Assembly (NCBI RefSeq): GCF_947568905.1
Contig: NC_079169.1
Span: 62,248,001-62,312,000, forward strand
DNA: 64,000 nt
From: Ostrea edulis
Taxonomy: Eukaryota
Direction of reading: 5' to 3'
In this document: in pieces, positions 61,081-64,000 of the stretch
Layout of the letters: the number at the start of each line of letters is the position of its first letter
Position numbering within the stretch: position 1 is the stretch's first letter
The notes under the pieces: model-generated
Seen by the model: only the letters and a program-made list of their open reading frames with translations
What the model was told of the DNA's origin: nothing
Databases searched by the model: none
Made by a program: the position numbers and the translations under genes

Positions 61081-64000
61081 ATATGCTATAACTCGTTTTA
61101 CACCATTTTGTAATTGGTATAATAACTCTAATACTATTGGAATATGCATCCGTATTAAGCTCAAATGAATTGGTATAATCAGCATATCCAAGGATTGGAT
61201 AAGTAATAAGCTTTTTTTCAAGATTTTGAATGAATGTTCCTTCTCTGGACCCCATTCCAACTAGCTGGTGTTGGTTTTGGTTCAGCTCCTTTTCGGGTCT
61301 TCATCTTGGTGTTTGGTAGAAGGTCATTCAATGGACGAGCAATGTTCGAAAATCCTTCAATGAACCGACGGTAATATCCGAGAAAACAAAGGAATTTCCG
61401 CACTTCATCCGGATTGATAGGTGCTGGCCATTCTTTTACCTTGTTGATCTTCTCATGATCTGGCTCGATATCCCTCTTTGAGACAATGTTTCCTACATAT
61501 TTGACCTGTCGTCTAAAGAATTCACATTTCTTCGGAGATGATTTCAAATTGACATCTCTTAGTCACTGGAATTTGTTTTCTACTCTTTCAAGATCAAATA
61601 GATGTAACAAACGTCAAGATGGAGTCCTTCAAAGCATTGTTCCATAACTCGCTGGTACGTGGCTGGAGCATTTACTAAACCAAATGGCATTCGATTGTAC
61701 TCGAAGAATCAAAGTGTATCTACGCTGAATGCTGTCCGATCCTTATGGTCTTCGTGAACCTCTATCTGATGGTAACCACTTTTCATATCTAATATGGTGA
61801 AATATTTGTTCCCACTAAGAGCATCTAAGATATCCTCTACTCTAGGTAATGCATAGGTTGAGTTGGCGATAGTTGACACAGATTCTCAACTCGTTATTCT
61901 TCTTCCTGCATAAGACAACATTACTTGACCATGATGACTTTGATTTTCTGATAATTCCTCCACTGCTTCAAGTGTTGCTTAATCTCAGAAACCATGGATG
62001 GTGGAATGCGACGTGGACGTTGCTTGAATGGCGTATCATCCTGTAGTTCGATTTGATGTCTAACCATTTATGTACAATTAATATCTATGTCGGACTTTGA
62101 GAACACATCTGTGAATGTCAATTGTAGTTTCTCACTTAATTGAATCTGGTTGGTCGTCAAAGTATCTCTTTCCAGCTTGATTAGCTCCAGTAAGTGGTCT
62201 GTGGCTTGTGCTGAATTACAAATCTGGAGATCTTCTATGACTATAGGCTGTATCTCACAAAGAGTAGATCTTGGTTGGATTTGAACTGTACTAGTGGTTA
62301 CATTGTCAATGCACACTTTGACTAAGTTTCGTGCTGGATAACTATAGTTGAAGACTGTGGGCTGTATATCGAGAACAGATGGAATGTTGGAATCAGCAGT
62401 TGCTTGAAGAAGGGCTGGTGTTGTTTGGTGTGGAATAGCTTTATGAATGTAGCCTGATATAGTGACACTAGAGTTAGGTGGCATGACAACTGGTTGAACT
62501 TCTGCGGATTTAACTATCCCTAGTCTGTTCTGTTGTTTCCTAAATTATTTTGCCTGTAACGTCATACTTCGGAACGCTAAATACCATGGGGTGTGTAATT
62601 TGACTGTTTGTAGATATCTGTCTCCATAGTTGGTATGTATATCAGTAAGAAGATGATGAAGTATGTTGGTTCCTAGAAGAATAGGTACTTTCTGATTGTA
62701 GTTACTGTCCGGGACAACGAGGATAGGATACTCTGTCAAGTCAGAATGAGGTAGTCCTGTAGATGTTATACCGGCCTCTTTGTATCCACAATATGGTAAT
62801 GTTCCTCCATCTGCACACTCTATATGTAGTATTTCAGTCATGGATGCAGTGGTAAACCTGAGAGACATTTTTCATGGTATGATTTACTCACAGTGGACAC
62901 AGTAGAACCTGTATAGGATTGTTACTTCCATGTTATTCATAAAAATGTGTACTTCTGTCGCGCTCTCAACTAAAACAGTTTCTGTATTCTTTCTTTTCTC
63001 AAATGTTGTCTGTCCCTCGGCACAGGTCTACAGAAGTTTAAATGACGATGGCTGTGATCATCATGATGGGACAATTTCTTGCAATGTGTCCAGGTAGGTG
63101 ATTTGCCCTCCCCAGTCTCATATGATTCATGATGAGGGTTCTGAAAATATTTGCTGGATGATATTTGTTTTGGTTCCCAATCCTTCTACCTGAATCATTT
63201 TCATGTATCTGTTTGTTCCTTGTCTCCATGTAAGAATGATTAAAAATTGTTTTCCTCTTTCATTTGGGATTTTTAAGCTCCTGTACTTTGGTTGTGAATT
63301 GCTGAACCATGACCTTAAGCTCTTTGATATCATCCTCTCTTTCAGTATTGGTTGATGTTACTGTCATCTTTAAATGTGTTTTTTTTATGGTATCGTGTTC
63401 TGTCTCCACCACTCTAATTTCTTTGCGAAGTTCATCAAAATTCAAAATCTGGTCGAACTTGTATCCAGTGATATCTTTGATCCATTGATGTAGTCCATTC
63501 CGGTACTTTGATCTCAACTTTTCATTTGATTCTTCTTTCCGAGCTACTCCTTTGATGATTGCCTTCCTGTATATTTCCTCTAATCTGCAACTTCAACTCA
63601 CAGTTGTCTCATTCTGTTCTTGCTTTGCACTATAAAATCGTTCCATGATAGTTTCTCCTCCCTCAACTTTTCTGAAAATACTCTCCATCTTATCCAAAAT
63701 CTAAAATATGGTGGCATCAGGTCCAATTCTCACCGCAACACTCCCAGTCTCTCCTTTGAGAGATCGCCTTATTGCCTGGACAATGACTCCTTCTGCATAC
63801 CTCTCCTTAATCGGACAATCCACTTCATATCTCCATCAGGCATATGTGGCCTCATGTTTCCAATCTCCCGAAAAGCATGAAATCTTCGGAATGTAGTTTC
63901 TTTGTCTAGTCGTAACTGTCTTCTGGTTCCCTTTTAATTCCAGTTTCATTCATATTTGAAACAAAATCTGACATCCATTTCTTGAAATCAGCAGTTGAAT

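Larger units (their letters stand above)
57699..64000 (-). mobile_element. Decayed Ty3/Gypsy LTR retrotransposon (gag-PR-RT-RH-INT, 3' LTR), running off the window
   Basis: Gag ~63260-63900 with HIARNC knuckle; protease TGSTVSTV; RT and RNaseH; integrase DRFYW..M..DV....C..C and PLELVCVDY; polypurine tract AAAGAGGGGGAGCA before the LTR; many stops and frameshifts. Confidence 0.9.

Overview
AT-rich eukaryotic genomic DNA, most likely an oyster or related bivalve, inferred from Helentron-like elements carrying Cg170/HindIII-like satellite monomers, Deu/Meta-type SINEs and Penelope-like elements. The window holds two convergent Niemann-Pick C1 family genes. (1) A complete canonical NPC1 on the + strand: 22 coding exons, 2050-25723, 1333 aa as reconstructed by hand. 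(2) A diverged paralog on the - strand: 7 coding exons, 48648-32933, 466 aa, intact reading frame, same intron phases as exons 1-7 of NPC1. The paralog has lost every transmembrane helix: TM1-TM2 by an in-frame deletion inside exon 3, and the sterol-sensing domain plus everything after it by a stop at the end of exon 7. It therefore predicts a soluble, glycosylated signal peptide + N-terminal sterol-binding domain + middle luminal domain protein, which is the main candidate for an undescribed system here. Two NPC1 introns carry minisatellites built from the gene's own splice junctions, one placing 30 decoy 3' splice sites in front of the real one. The last ~14 kb is a nested transposon field: a decayed Ty3/Gypsy element, Penelope-like RT remnants, SINEs, and a Penelope-type repeat with an intact minimal hammerhead ribozyme. 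A 200-N gap lies between the two genes. All gene models were read by eye and have no transcript support.
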